Source: Bacteroidales bacterium
GTDB taxonomy: Bacteria > Bacteroidota > Bacteroidia > Bacteroidales > GCA-2711565
Assembly (NCBI GenBank): GCA_963664245.1
Contig: OY760934.1
Location: 2,498,210-2,562,209, forward strand
Direction of reading: 5' to 3'
Length of the DNA stretch: 64,000 nucleotides
Position 1 is the stretch's first letter. Every line of letters begins with the position of its first letter. The notes beneath the pieces were generated by a model. That model was not told where the DNA came from. It did not search any database and saw nothing but the letters and a program-made list of their open reading frames with translations. Made by a program: the position numbers and the translations under genes. This document shows, piece after piece, positions 49,697 to 57,904 of this stretch.

Positions 49697-51484
49697 ATGA
49701 CAAATTTAGTTGAAACAATAGGTATAACAGAGGTGCCTGCTAATTTAGGTAGATTGTTAGAAAACCAATTAAAAAAATGGAAAGGTGGAAGTCATCACCC
49801 AAGAGGGATTGCAGAATATATAACAAACTCTGATGATTCATATCGTAGGTTAGACAAGTTTATAGATCAAAATATTTATGTGGAAATTCATTCAAGACGA
49901 GGCAAAATGATTGATAAATTGATTATTAAAGATTATGCCGAAGGAATGTCTTTTGATGATTTAGAGAATAGATTCTTTAGATATTTTGAAAGCTTTAGCG
50001 GTAGAGAAAAGGGAGAAAAAGTTACTAGACAGTTTGGTACTGGAGGAAAAGCATATGCTATTATGAACTTCAGAAAATGTTGGATTATATCTATACAAAA
50101 TAATAGAGAATGTAAAGCGTGGTTTGAATGGGATTATGAAAACAAAAGAATTATAAAAGGTTATAATAATGGAGGTTATAAGGATAAACCAACTCAAGAA
50201 AAAAACTCAACTATTCTCATTTTAGAAAATAGTTATAAGGTCAACCAACCTTTAGAAGATTTAGTTAAACACATAGAAAAGTTAGCCAGAATCCGTCATG
50301 TATTAAAGCAACAAAATGTTTTTGTTACTTTAAATCGAAAAGGAAAGAATAAAAAAATTGAACTGGAATATAAGCAACCACTTGAAACTGATGCAAAACG
50401 AATATGGAGATATAAGTTACCAAATAACCTTTTTAATTCTAATGAAGATTCTGATTTAGTTTTGAGATATTTTGGAAAACCTTTAAATGGAGATGATTTT
50501 ATTGATTTAACTGATGGAATTTCTAGCGTTGCAGATTTACATGTGACTAAATTTGATAATCGACCTTTTGCAAACTCATTTAATGGTTCATTATTATTAA
50601 CTAAATTGCTAGACTCTAGTGCAGTACGAGAAAACCGAAAAGGTTTAGAAGAAGATGATGATTTGACTATCGATATTGAAGAATTTATAAAGGTTTGTGT
50701 AAAGGAATCAATCAATGAAGTAGAAGAGGAACAAAGACAAATTGATAAAGAGAGAAAATTAGATGCTGCAAATAAAAAACTTAAAGAACTAAGTAAATTT
50801 TTAAGTAAGAAGGATCTTAAATTTAGGAGTGAGTTAAAAGAGTTGCGTAAAAGGTTCCAAAATATAGAAGAAGATGATGGTAATTTTGATGAGAGAAATG
50901 ATGATTCACCCTTTGTTAGTGATATTTATAGAAAGCCTATACCTGAGGACAATGAAGAAGAGTTGATAAAAGGGAAATGGGTAGATAGAAAAGGAGAAAA
51001 TGGAGGAGGGGAAAGTGATGGAGTTCAGGAATTTGTACCAGATGATGATGGTGAAGAATTTGCTGTAAAAGTAAAGAATAATAAATCAAAGAAGACAGTT
51101 TCGAAAAAACAGAAACAAGGACTAATTGTTCTAATGTCAAATGATGAAGATAATCCTGAGAGTATAAAGTTTACTGAATTTGATGATCCAGTTAGTGATC
51201 GTGATCTAGAAACAAAAGGCATAATTTGGATAAATTCTGTTCATCCTATTACTTCCAGGGCAATAGAGAAAAAAGATAAAAATCCGGCATTATTTGATGA
51301 AAATATATCAAATCTGGTATTAATGATTGTTGCACAATATTATGCACAAAAAGAAAACGAAATGCTACCTGAAGATGAAAAAGATGATAATCAAACTTTA
51401 ATGCTTTTCAGAAAATATTTCTTTGATTTACAAAGAGAAATAAGGGAAGATAAGGAGATTTCATACTTTGAAGGAGATAAATAG
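49697..51484 (+). CDS. GHKL (HSP90/MORC-like) ATPase with acidic coiled-coil C-terminal half
   Basis: IAEYITNSDDS (motif I), IKDYAEGMS (II), RQFGTGGK (III). Confidence 0.78.
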   Translation: MTNLVETIGITEVPANLGRLLENQLKKWKGGSHHPRGIAEYITNSDDSYRRLDKFIDQNIYVEIHSRRGKMIDKLIIKDYAEGMSFDDLENRFFRYFESFSGREKGEKVTRQFGTGGKAYAIMNFRKCWIISIQNNRECKAWFEWDYENKRIIKGYNNGGYKDKPTQEKNSTILILENSYKVNQPLEDLVKHIEKLARIRHVLKQQNVFVTLNRKGKNKKIELEYKQPLETDAKRIWRYKLPNNLFNSNEDSDLVLRYFGKPLNGDDFIDLTDGISSVADLHVTKFDNRPFANSFNGSLLLTKLLDSSAVRENRKGLEEDDDLTIDIEEFIKVCVKESINEVEEEQRQIDKERKLDAANKKLKELSKFLSKKDLKFRSELKELRKRFQNIEEDDGNFDERNDDSPFVSDIYRKPIPEDNEEELIKGKWVDRKGENGGGESDGVQEFVPDDDGEEFAVKVKNNKSKKTVSKKQKQGLIVLMSNDEDNPESIKFTEFDDPVSDRDLETKGIIWINSVHPITSRAIEKKDKNPALFDENISNLVLMIVAQYYAQKENEMLPEDEKDDNQTLMLFRKYFFDLQREIREDKEISYFEGDK

Positions 51485-51550
51485 AACAATGGACTTTATG
51501 TAAATGAAATTTATGCAAATTCTGACCATATTCATATTTTATGTCTTTGA
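51485..51550 (+). pseudogene. Fragment of an IS200/REP-associated (HUH) tyrosine transposase
   Basis: Manual translation NNGLYVNEIYANSDHIHILCL*, containing the DHIHIL HUH motif; REP hairpins follow. Confidence 0.55.
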
Positions 51551-51551
51551 G

Positions 51552-51607
51552 GCAGGATTTCGTTTCACTTCATCCTGCTTTATTACCTAAAGGGGCGTTG
51601 CCCCTTA
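51552..51607. repeat. Two REP-like hairpins at the right border of the insert
   Basis: GCAGGAT-TTCGTTTCACTTC-ATCCTGC and AAGGGGC-GTT-GCCCCTT. Confidence 0.6.
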
Positions 51608-51687
51608 TTGTTAGAACGAAAAGCAAAGCGGTTTTTATTATTTCATAAAACACTATTTTATAGCCTGTTTTATTAAGCTTGTTTTTT

Positions 51688-51695
51688 TATATTTG
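51688..51695 (+). promoter_or_regulatory. Bacteroidota -7 box upstream of qmoA
   Basis: TATATTTG, 60 nt before the qmoA TTG start. Confidence 0.55.
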
Positions 51696-51755
51696 CCAAG
51701 CATTGCAGTTGAGGCAATTGTTGATTTTTAAAATGGTCTGCTAAATAAAAAATTA

Positions 51756-52988
51756 TTGGGAAAGAAAAAATATAAGCCAATATTAGTCGTCGGAGGTGGA
51801 ATCAGCGGGGTAACAACCGCTGTTGAACTTGCCGAAGCCGGGAAAGAAGTTATTCTGGTAGAGCAGAAACCTTACCTTGGCGGCAATGTAATCCGGATGA
51901 ATAATTATTTCCCTAAACTTTGTCCGCCTGCCTGTGGACTGGAAATAAATTTCCGCCGAATCAAACAAAATCCGCGCATCAAATATTTTACTTCTTCAAG
52001 TGTGCTTGATGTTTCGGGAGAGAAAGGGAGTTTTTTTGTAAAGCTCAGAACCGAACCTCAATTTGTAAAAAATAATTGTACCGCTTGCGGAAAATGCGTG
52101 GAGGTTTGTCCGGAAGAACGCCCCGACGAGTTCAATTACGATCTTGCCAAAACCAAAGTTATTTATCTTCCTCACGAGATGGCCTTCCCGATGAAATACC
52201 ATATTGACGAAGCCTTTTGCAAAAAGGAAAACTGCAATAAATGTGTGGAGGTTTGTGAATACCGGGCCATTGATTTTTCTGCAAAAGAAGAAATCCAAAC
52301 CCTGGAAATTTATTCGGTTGTTTTTGCCACGGGCTGGAAAAATTATGAAGCCTCAAAAATTGAGAACCTGAATTATAATTCGTCGGCTGATATCCTCACT
52401 AATGTAGAGTTCGAACGATTGCTGGCACCCAACGGGCCGGGCAAAGGAAAACTTTTAAAACCCTCGGATCAAACAGAACCTAAAGAAATTGTATTTGTAC
52501 AATGTGCCGGTTCGCGCGACGAAAATCATTTACCGTATTGTTCTGCAGTGTGTTGTTCGGCTTCCTTGAAGCATGCATTGAATGTTTCGGAACTATTGCC
52601 GGACTGCAAGATCAAAATTTTTTACATCGATTTGCGGGTAGCCGGCCGGAATGAAGATTTTTTAAAACGAGTGGAAGCGCAGAAAAACATTGATTTAATC
52701 AAAGGAAAAGCCGGGAAAATTGAGGTGGATGCTGAAACAAAAAAGCTGATTGTTGAAGCAGAGGACATCAAGCAAGGTAAAAAAATAAAACAACAGGCCG
52801 ACCTGGTGGTATTGGCAACGGGCATTGTTCCCAATCATTTGTCAGTCGATTTGGAACTTGACAAAAACGGATTTTTAAGTATCAATCAAAAAGAAGGAAT
52901 TCGGGCTGTGTCGTGCAGCAAAAAACCCATGGATGTTTCAGCATCGGTAAAAGATGCCACGGCTGCGGCCCTAAAAGCAATTCAATAA
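51756..52988 (+). CDS. qmoA: QmoA (HdrA-like flavoprotein)
   Basis: GGGISG, KLCPPACG, CTACGKCVEVC, VQCAGSRDENHLPYCSAVCC, PMDVSASVKDATAAA; 410 aa; near aprBA. Confidence 0.92.
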   Translation: MGKKKYKPILVVGGGISGVTTAVELAEAGKEVILVEQKPYLGGNVIRMNNYFPKLCPPACGLEINFRRIKQNPRIKYFTSSSVLDVSGEKGSFFVKLRTEPQFVKNNCTACGKCVEVCPEERPDEFNYDLAKTKVIYLPHEMAFPMKYHIDEAFCKKENCNKCVEVCEYRAIDFSAKEEIQTLEIYSVVFATGWKNYEASKIENLNYNSSADILTNVEFERLLAPNGPGKGKLLKPSDQTEPKEIVFVQCAGSRDENHLPYCSAVCCSASLKHALNVSELLPDCKIKIFYIDLRVAGRNEDFLKRVEAQKNIDLIKGKAGKIEVDAETKKLIVEAEDIKQGKKIKQQADLVVLATGIVPNHLSVDLELDKNGFLSINQKEGIRAVSCSKKPMDVSASVKDATAAALKAIQ

Positions 52989-52996
52989 ATTAACGG

Positions 52997-55111
52997 ATGG
53001 TGGAAAAGAAAACAGGCATATACATTTGTTCGGGATGCGAAATCGGGAATTGCATGGATGTAGAAAAACTTTGCACCCTGGCTTCCGAAGAGTTGAAAGC
53101 AGTTGATGTACAAACCCACCCGGCTTTATGTTCGGTGGAGGGCTATGACCTCATCCTAAAAAATATTGAAGAACAAAAACTGGATGCCGCCATTATTGCG
53201 GCCTGTTCGCCACGGGTTAAAACGGAGGTGTTTGATTTCCCGGAGCATGTTTTGGTAGACCGGGTTAATTTGAGGGAGCAGGTTGCCTGGAGTTTTGAAC
53301 CCCGGGACGAAGACACGCAGATGGCTGCCGAAGATTACCTGCGGATGAGTGTGGCTAAAATTCAACACATAAAAATTCCGGAGCCTTACAAAGCCGAAAA
53401 TTGCAGCAATGAAATTTTAGTGGTGGGCGGAGGTGTCAGCGGAATCACGGCCGCATTGCAGGGAGCGAAAGCCGGTTATATGGTTCACCTGATCGAAAAA
53501 GAAAATCAGCTGGGCGGAAGGATGAACGATTTGTTTAAACTTTATCCTTCGGTGTCGCCGTTTAATGAGTTGGCTGAGCCTGGATTGGAAAGCAAACTGA
53601 ACGAGCTCAATAGCTTCGAAAATATAAAAATTTATACCTCTACAACGGTAGAAGAAATTAAGGGCGAACCCGGAAATTTTGAGGTGAAACTCAGCGAAGG
53701 AAGAACCTTAAAAGTGGGAGCCATTGTGGCTGCGATGGGATGGAAACCTTACGATGCCGCTAAATTGTCCCACCTGGGTTACGGAAAATCCGATAAGGTG
53801 GTCACTATTTTGGAATTTGAGAAAATGGTGAAAGAAAATCCTGCTCTCAAAATCCCCGAAAACATTTTGTTTATTCAGTGTGCTGGTTCGCGCGATAAAA
53901 ATCACCTGCCTTATTGCTCGGGCTATTGTTGCAGCACTTCGCTGAAACAAACTAAATATATCCGTGAGCTAAGCCCGGATTCTTCGGTATTTATTGTTTA
54001 TAAAGATATTCGAACCCCCGGCTTGAGCGAAGAATTTTATAAGGAGGTTCAAAAAGACAGCCAGGTTTTCTTTACCAAAGGCGAAATTGACGAGGTGCTT
54101 GTTGAAGAAAATAGCCTGACAGTAAAAGTTAAAGAAACCCTTTTGGGCGAAGATATTTCTTTGTCGGTAGATATGATTGTGCTGGCTACCGGAATGACCC
54201 CTGCCGGGACGGAAGATTTGAACTTGAGTTATCGTTTGGGCAAAGGTTTGCCCGAGTTGAAATATAATTTTTCGGATTCTCATTTTATTTGTTTCCCTTA
54301 CGAAACACGCCGAACCGGCATTTATGCCGCAGGTAGTTTGCGGGCTCCAATGGATATCAGTGCCTGCGAGGAAGATGCTGCCGGAGCCATGTTCAAGGCC
54401 ATCCAGTGTGTAGAAGCTACCAAAAGAGGAGAAGCTGTTCATCCGCGTTCGGGCGATCGCTCTTACCCCGAGCTGTACATGGATCGCTGTACCGATTGCA
54501 AACGCTGCACCGAAGAATGTCCTTTTGGGATGTACGATGAAACCGAAAAAGGAACGCCGCTCCCGAATCCGGCCCGTTGCCGGAGGTGTGGGATTTGCCT
54601 GGGTTCTTGCCCTGAACGGGTTATTAGTTTCTCGGATTATTCCATTGGCAGCATTTCGTCCATGATTAAGGCGGTGGAGATCCCCGATGAGTTTGAAGAA
54701 AAACCGCGCATCCTAGCGTTTGTTTGCGAGAATGATGCCTATCCGGCTCTGGATATGGCAGGAACCAAAGGCTTAAAATACAGTCCGTATATCCGGGTGA
54801 TCCCGGTGCGTTGTTTGGGTTCCATTAATAAAGTTTGGATATCCGATGCCCTGTCGTGTGGTTACGACGGCATCTTGCAAATTGGTTGTAAGCCCGGCGA
54901 CGATTACCAGTGCCACTTCATCCACGGAAGTGAATTAACAGAAACCAGAAGCGAAAACATCCGGGAAACCCTGGAAAGTATGATGCTGGAACCTGAACGC
55001 ATACAAACCGAATTTGTGGAGATCACCGATCACCAGAAAATTCCGGGGATTATTAATGATTATATTGAAACCATTGAAGATATTGGTCCGAATCCGTTTA
55101 AAGACATGTAA
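52997..55111 (+). CDS. qmoB: QmoB (HdrA-like + ferredoxin + MvhD-like domains)
   Basis: SHFICFPYETRRTGIYAAG, CTDCKRCTEECPFG, CRRCGICLGSCP, FVCENDAYPALD, PVRCLGS, GCKPGDDYQCHF. Confidence 0.95.
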   Translation: MVEKKTGIYICSGCEIGNCMDVEKLCTLASEELKAVDVQTHPALCSVEGYDLILKNIEEQKLDAAIIAACSPRVKTEVFDFPEHVLVDRVNLREQVAWSFEPRDEDTQMAAEDYLRMSVAKIQHIKIPEPYKAENCSNEILVVGGGVSGITAALQGAKAGYMVHLIEKENQLGGRMNDLFKLYPSVSPFNELAEPGLESKLNELNSFENIKIYTSTTVEEIKGEPGNFEVKLSEGRTLKVGAIVAAMGWKPYDAAKLSHLGYGKSDKVVTILEFEKMVKENPALKIPENILFIQCAGSRDKNHLPYCSGYCCSTSLKQTKYIRELSPDSSVFIVYKDIRTPGLSEEFYKEVQKDSQVFFTKGEIDEVLVEENSLTVKVKETLLGEDISLSVDMIVLATGMTPAGTEDLNLSYRLGKGLPELKYNFSDSHFICFPYETRRTGIYAAGSLRAPMDISACEEDAAGAMFKAIQCVEATKRGEAVHPRSGDRSYPELYMDRCTDCKRCTEECPFGMYDETEKGTPLPNPARCRRCGICLGSCPERVISFSDYSIGSISSMIKAVEIPDEFEEKPRILAFVCENDAYPALDMAGTKGLKYSPYIRVIPVRCLGSINKVWISDALSCGYDGILQIGCKPGDDYQCHFIHGSELTETRSENIRETLESMMLEPERIQTEFVEITDHQKIPGIINDYIETIEDIGPNPFKDM

Positions 55112-55114
55112 AAA

Positions 55115-56209
55115 ATGATAGCGATTAAACCGGACATAAAATTTAAAAAGGCGTTGATGGAAAGCAGCGGTTCGTCTTTGAGCGAATGTATGCAGTGCGG
55201 CAATTGTTCGGCGGTGTGTTCGCTGGCTCCCGAGGAGCGGCCTTTCCCGCGCAAGGAAATGATTTGGGCCGCCTGGGGGTTGAAAGATAAATTGATTGCT
55301 AATCCCGATTTGTGGCTCTGCCATCAGTGTGGCGATTGCAGCAGCTATTGTCCGCGCGATGTAAAACCCGCCGACGTGCTGGCTTCCGTGAGGCAGCAGA
55401 GTTATTTGCAGTTTGCCCGCCCGGCTTTTATGGGAAAATTGTTGAGCAAACCGGCCTGGCTTCCGGTGGCAATTTTAATTCCGGTGCTTATTATTTCGGC
55501 TATTTTGATGTTGGCCGGAACCTTTACCATTCCTGAAGGCTCGGTGAATTATTCCAAATTTTTTCCGCATGCCTGGTTAAACGGTTCGTTTTCTTTACTA
55601 ACATTTTTATCGTACGGAATTGCGGTCACGGGTTTTGTAAAGTTTTATCGCCAGATGAAATCGCATTTCCCGGGTTCCTCTAAAAAAACAAGTTTCTGGA
55701 AAAGCGTGATACAGGTTAAAATGGAAGTGTTGAGGCACTCCAAATTTGCCGATTGCAATTCTCAAAAGACACGAAGAACGGCTCACTTTCTGGTGTTTTA
55801 CGGATTTGCATTGTTGTTGCTGGTAACGCTCTATGCCATTGTTGCCGTGATTATTGGAGCCTACCCGCTGGCTTTAAGCAACCCGTTTAAAATTATTGGC
55901 AATCTTGCTTCGGTGATGCTGCTTGTTGGACTGGGGATTTTTATATACATCCGTTTGTTTGATAAGCGGGTGATTGGCAAAAGCATTTACCCCGATTGGC
56001 TGTTACTGCTTTCTTTTTTCCTGCTTACCCTTTCGGGAATTTTGGTGCAGTTTGCCCGTTTTGAAAACTGGAGCTTTGCTTACCATTTCTATTTCTTCCA
56101 TTTGCTGTGCGTATGGTTTGTGATTATTTATTTGCCCTACACCAAATTTGCCCACATGGTTTACCGCTTTATCGCCCTGACTTTTGCCAATGGGATTGGG
56201 AGGAAGTAA
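55115..56209 (+). CDS. qmoC: QmoC (2x[4Fe-4S] + membrane heme-b domain)
   Basis: CMQCGNCSAVC, PFPRKEMIWAAWG, WLCHQCGDCSSYCPR, TM helices with AHFLVFYGF, FFHL, YTKFAHMVYR. Confidence 0.95.
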   Translation: MIAIKPDIKFKKALMESSGSSLSECMQCGNCSAVCSLAPEERPFPRKEMIWAAWGLKDKLIANPDLWLCHQCGDCSSYCPRDVKPADVLASVRQQSYLQFARPAFMGKLLSKPAWLPVAILIPVLIISAILMLAGTFTIPEGSVNYSKFFPHAWLNGSFSLLTFLSYGIAVTGFVKFYRQMKSHFPGSSKKTSFWKSVIQVKMEVLRHSKFADCNSQKTRRTAHFLVFYGFALLLLVTLYAIVAVIIGAYPLALSNPFKIIGNLASVMLLVGLGIFIYIRLFDKRVIGKSIYPDWLLLLSFFLLTLSGILVQFARFENWSFAYHFYFFHLLCVWFVIIYLPYTKFAHMVYRFIALTFANGIGRK

Positions 56210-56211
56210 AG

Positions 56212-56440
56212 TTTATTTCGTTCCTACGGAATTTTGTGAGTAAGGTTTTTTATAGCTATTGCGCCCCTAAAGGGGCTTTTGTTTTTTACCGCAATGATTT
56301 TCTAAATTGTTTTTGTTCCCCGTAAGCTTGTCTCGTTAGGGAGACCATATTTGTAAAAAGTAAAAGTGGAAAGATAAAGTCCCGGAGGGATGGGATAAGG
56401 GATTAGCAAAGTATTTTCGTAAGCTTTAGCAAATAAATAT
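56212..56440. repeat. REP-hairpin cluster R2 (direct repeat of 41910-42160)
   Basis: TTTATTTCGTTCCTACGGAA...GTGAGTAAGGTTTTTTATA...GCCCCTAAAGGGGCTTTTG...CATATTTGTAAAAA...GGGATAAGGGATT shared with R1. Confidence 0.85.
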
Positions 56441-56454
56441 TACTTGTAGAGGAC

Positions 56455-57624
56455 TTATTTTTCACCCCAAAATTGCTTTGGATTATTTATAATATAAGTT
56501 TTATAAATTACTCCATTTTTGGGGTTGGTATATATTTTTACAATAGGTTCTTGGTTTATGCCGTCTAATGGTAATAGCTGGATATACTCAATTATCTTAT
56601 TTTCTTCCACAGTTTCTGAATTGTAAGTTGAATTTAGATTTGCTTCTAAACGGTATAGGTTTTTTGCCATATACTTATACAGATAGTATTCTTTTTTTTG
56701 AGATGTTTTCCTGTTCCAATTTGCTTCCGGGTTTAAAATTAGAGGGTTATCGTTTATAAGTCTTTCTCTGACTTCTTGGATTCCTAGTAATTCACCTTCT
56801 TCATTCATTACATAAGCATCAAAAGTTGGGTCTAGCCAAATCCATTTATTTAATTGATTTGAGAATGCAGTATTAATTACGTGACAGTCATTAAATTCTA
56901 ATGGCTTTGGTTTACATGTTATCATCCTTGATTTAAATCCCATTGCTAAATAACATTCATTTAGTATGGTTGCCATCATTCGACAATTAACACCTCTGTT
57001 TTCAGACAGACAAATATTTACTAAATCTAAAGCATTTTTTTGACCAGGATTATCGCTTGAGCCGTCGTGTTTTACTTTGTTGTGAACCCAATGCATAATG
57101 TTTAGCATCTGTGAAACCTCATCTCCTTGACCAGCTATTGAATCCAGATTAAATGATTTTCTGATCTTTTTGAGGTTTCTATTTTTGCTTTCTAAATATG
57201 TAAACCCAGGAATATCTCTGTCTTGGGTTTCATTAAAAAGATAAGCTTTTTTCAATGTTGTTAGATACGGTTCAAAGTATTTAATCTGAGTATATGCACT
57301 ATCGTTACGGAATAAAACAATGAAATTAAATTCAGTATTATCTGTTAATATTACGTTTAATGTGTCTTGATCTGTTTGAAAAGAAATTGTATCTCCTAAA
57401 TTGTCACTATAATATATATCAGGTTTAATTTCTGGAGAAATTAACCAACATGCTTTTTTATTGTAACTATATACTGATTTTCCATTACATTTAATGTCAA
57501 CTTTCCTTGATTTTGCTTTGATGACAGGTAATGATTGTTGTGCAAATGAAATTTCAATAAGTAATGTAAACGCAATAAATAATGTAAATTTCATAGGGTT
57601 AGGAGTTTTGTTGTTAATTTTCAT
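56455..57624 (-). CDS. Exported transglutaminase-like domain protein
   Basis: GVNCRMMAT (Cys), DCHVINT (His), WIWLDPTF (Asp) triad. Confidence 0.85.
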   Translation of the reverse strand: MKINNKTPNPMKFTLFIAFTLLIEISFAQQSLPVIKAKSRKVDIKCNGKSVYSYNKKACWLISPEIKPDIYYSDNLGDTISFQTDQDTLNVILTDNTEFNFIVLFRNDSAYTQIKYFEPYLTTLKKAYLFNETQDRDIPGFTYLESKNRNLKKIRKSFNLDSIAGQGDEVSQMLNIMHWVHNKVKHDGSSDNPGQKNALDLVNICLSENRGVNCRMMATILNECYLAMGFKSRMITCKPKPLEFNDCHVINTAFSNQLNKWIWLDPTFDAYVMNEEGELLGIQEVRERLINDNPLILNPEANWNRKTSQKKEYYLYKYMAKNLYRLEANLNSTYNSETVEENKIIEYIQLLPLDGINQEPIVKIYTNPKNGVIYKTYIINNPKQFWGEK

Positions 57625-57652
57625 GTGTTTTGAATGTTTTGTACAACCTTCC

Positions 57653-57786
57653 GATTTGTCTCAGGGGAAAAAATAAATCCGTGTTAAGTCTCGTTCAGGT
57701 AAATATAAGAAAATTTTGATTAGGCGATGTAACGAATTGACGATATAATGATTTTCGATGTACTGTTTACTGTTGCTGCCAACTTT
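57653..57786 (-). repeat. Promoter-like box + leader hairpin, copy C (L2)
   Basis: GATTTGTCTCAGGGGAAAAAATAAATCCGT...GGTAAATATAAGAAAATT...ATGTAACGAATTGACGATATAATGATTTTCGATGTACTG...CTGCCAACTTT. Confidence 0.85.
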
Positions 57787-57904
57787 CTTGCGTCTTGATA
57801 CTTGTATCTTTAAATTTTCCGGATCAAACTCAACTCATCCCGAATTTTAATGATTAAATAGTCATTTTTCCACTTCAGATTAATCAATTCATTATATTTG
57901 AGAT

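Noticed and set aside
51756-55111. Methanogen-type HdrABC/MvhD or Flx-Hdr complex
   Set aside because: No HdrB (CCG domain) gene is present. Sizes, Qmo-specific motifs, membrane QmoC and adjacency to aprBA indicate Qmo.
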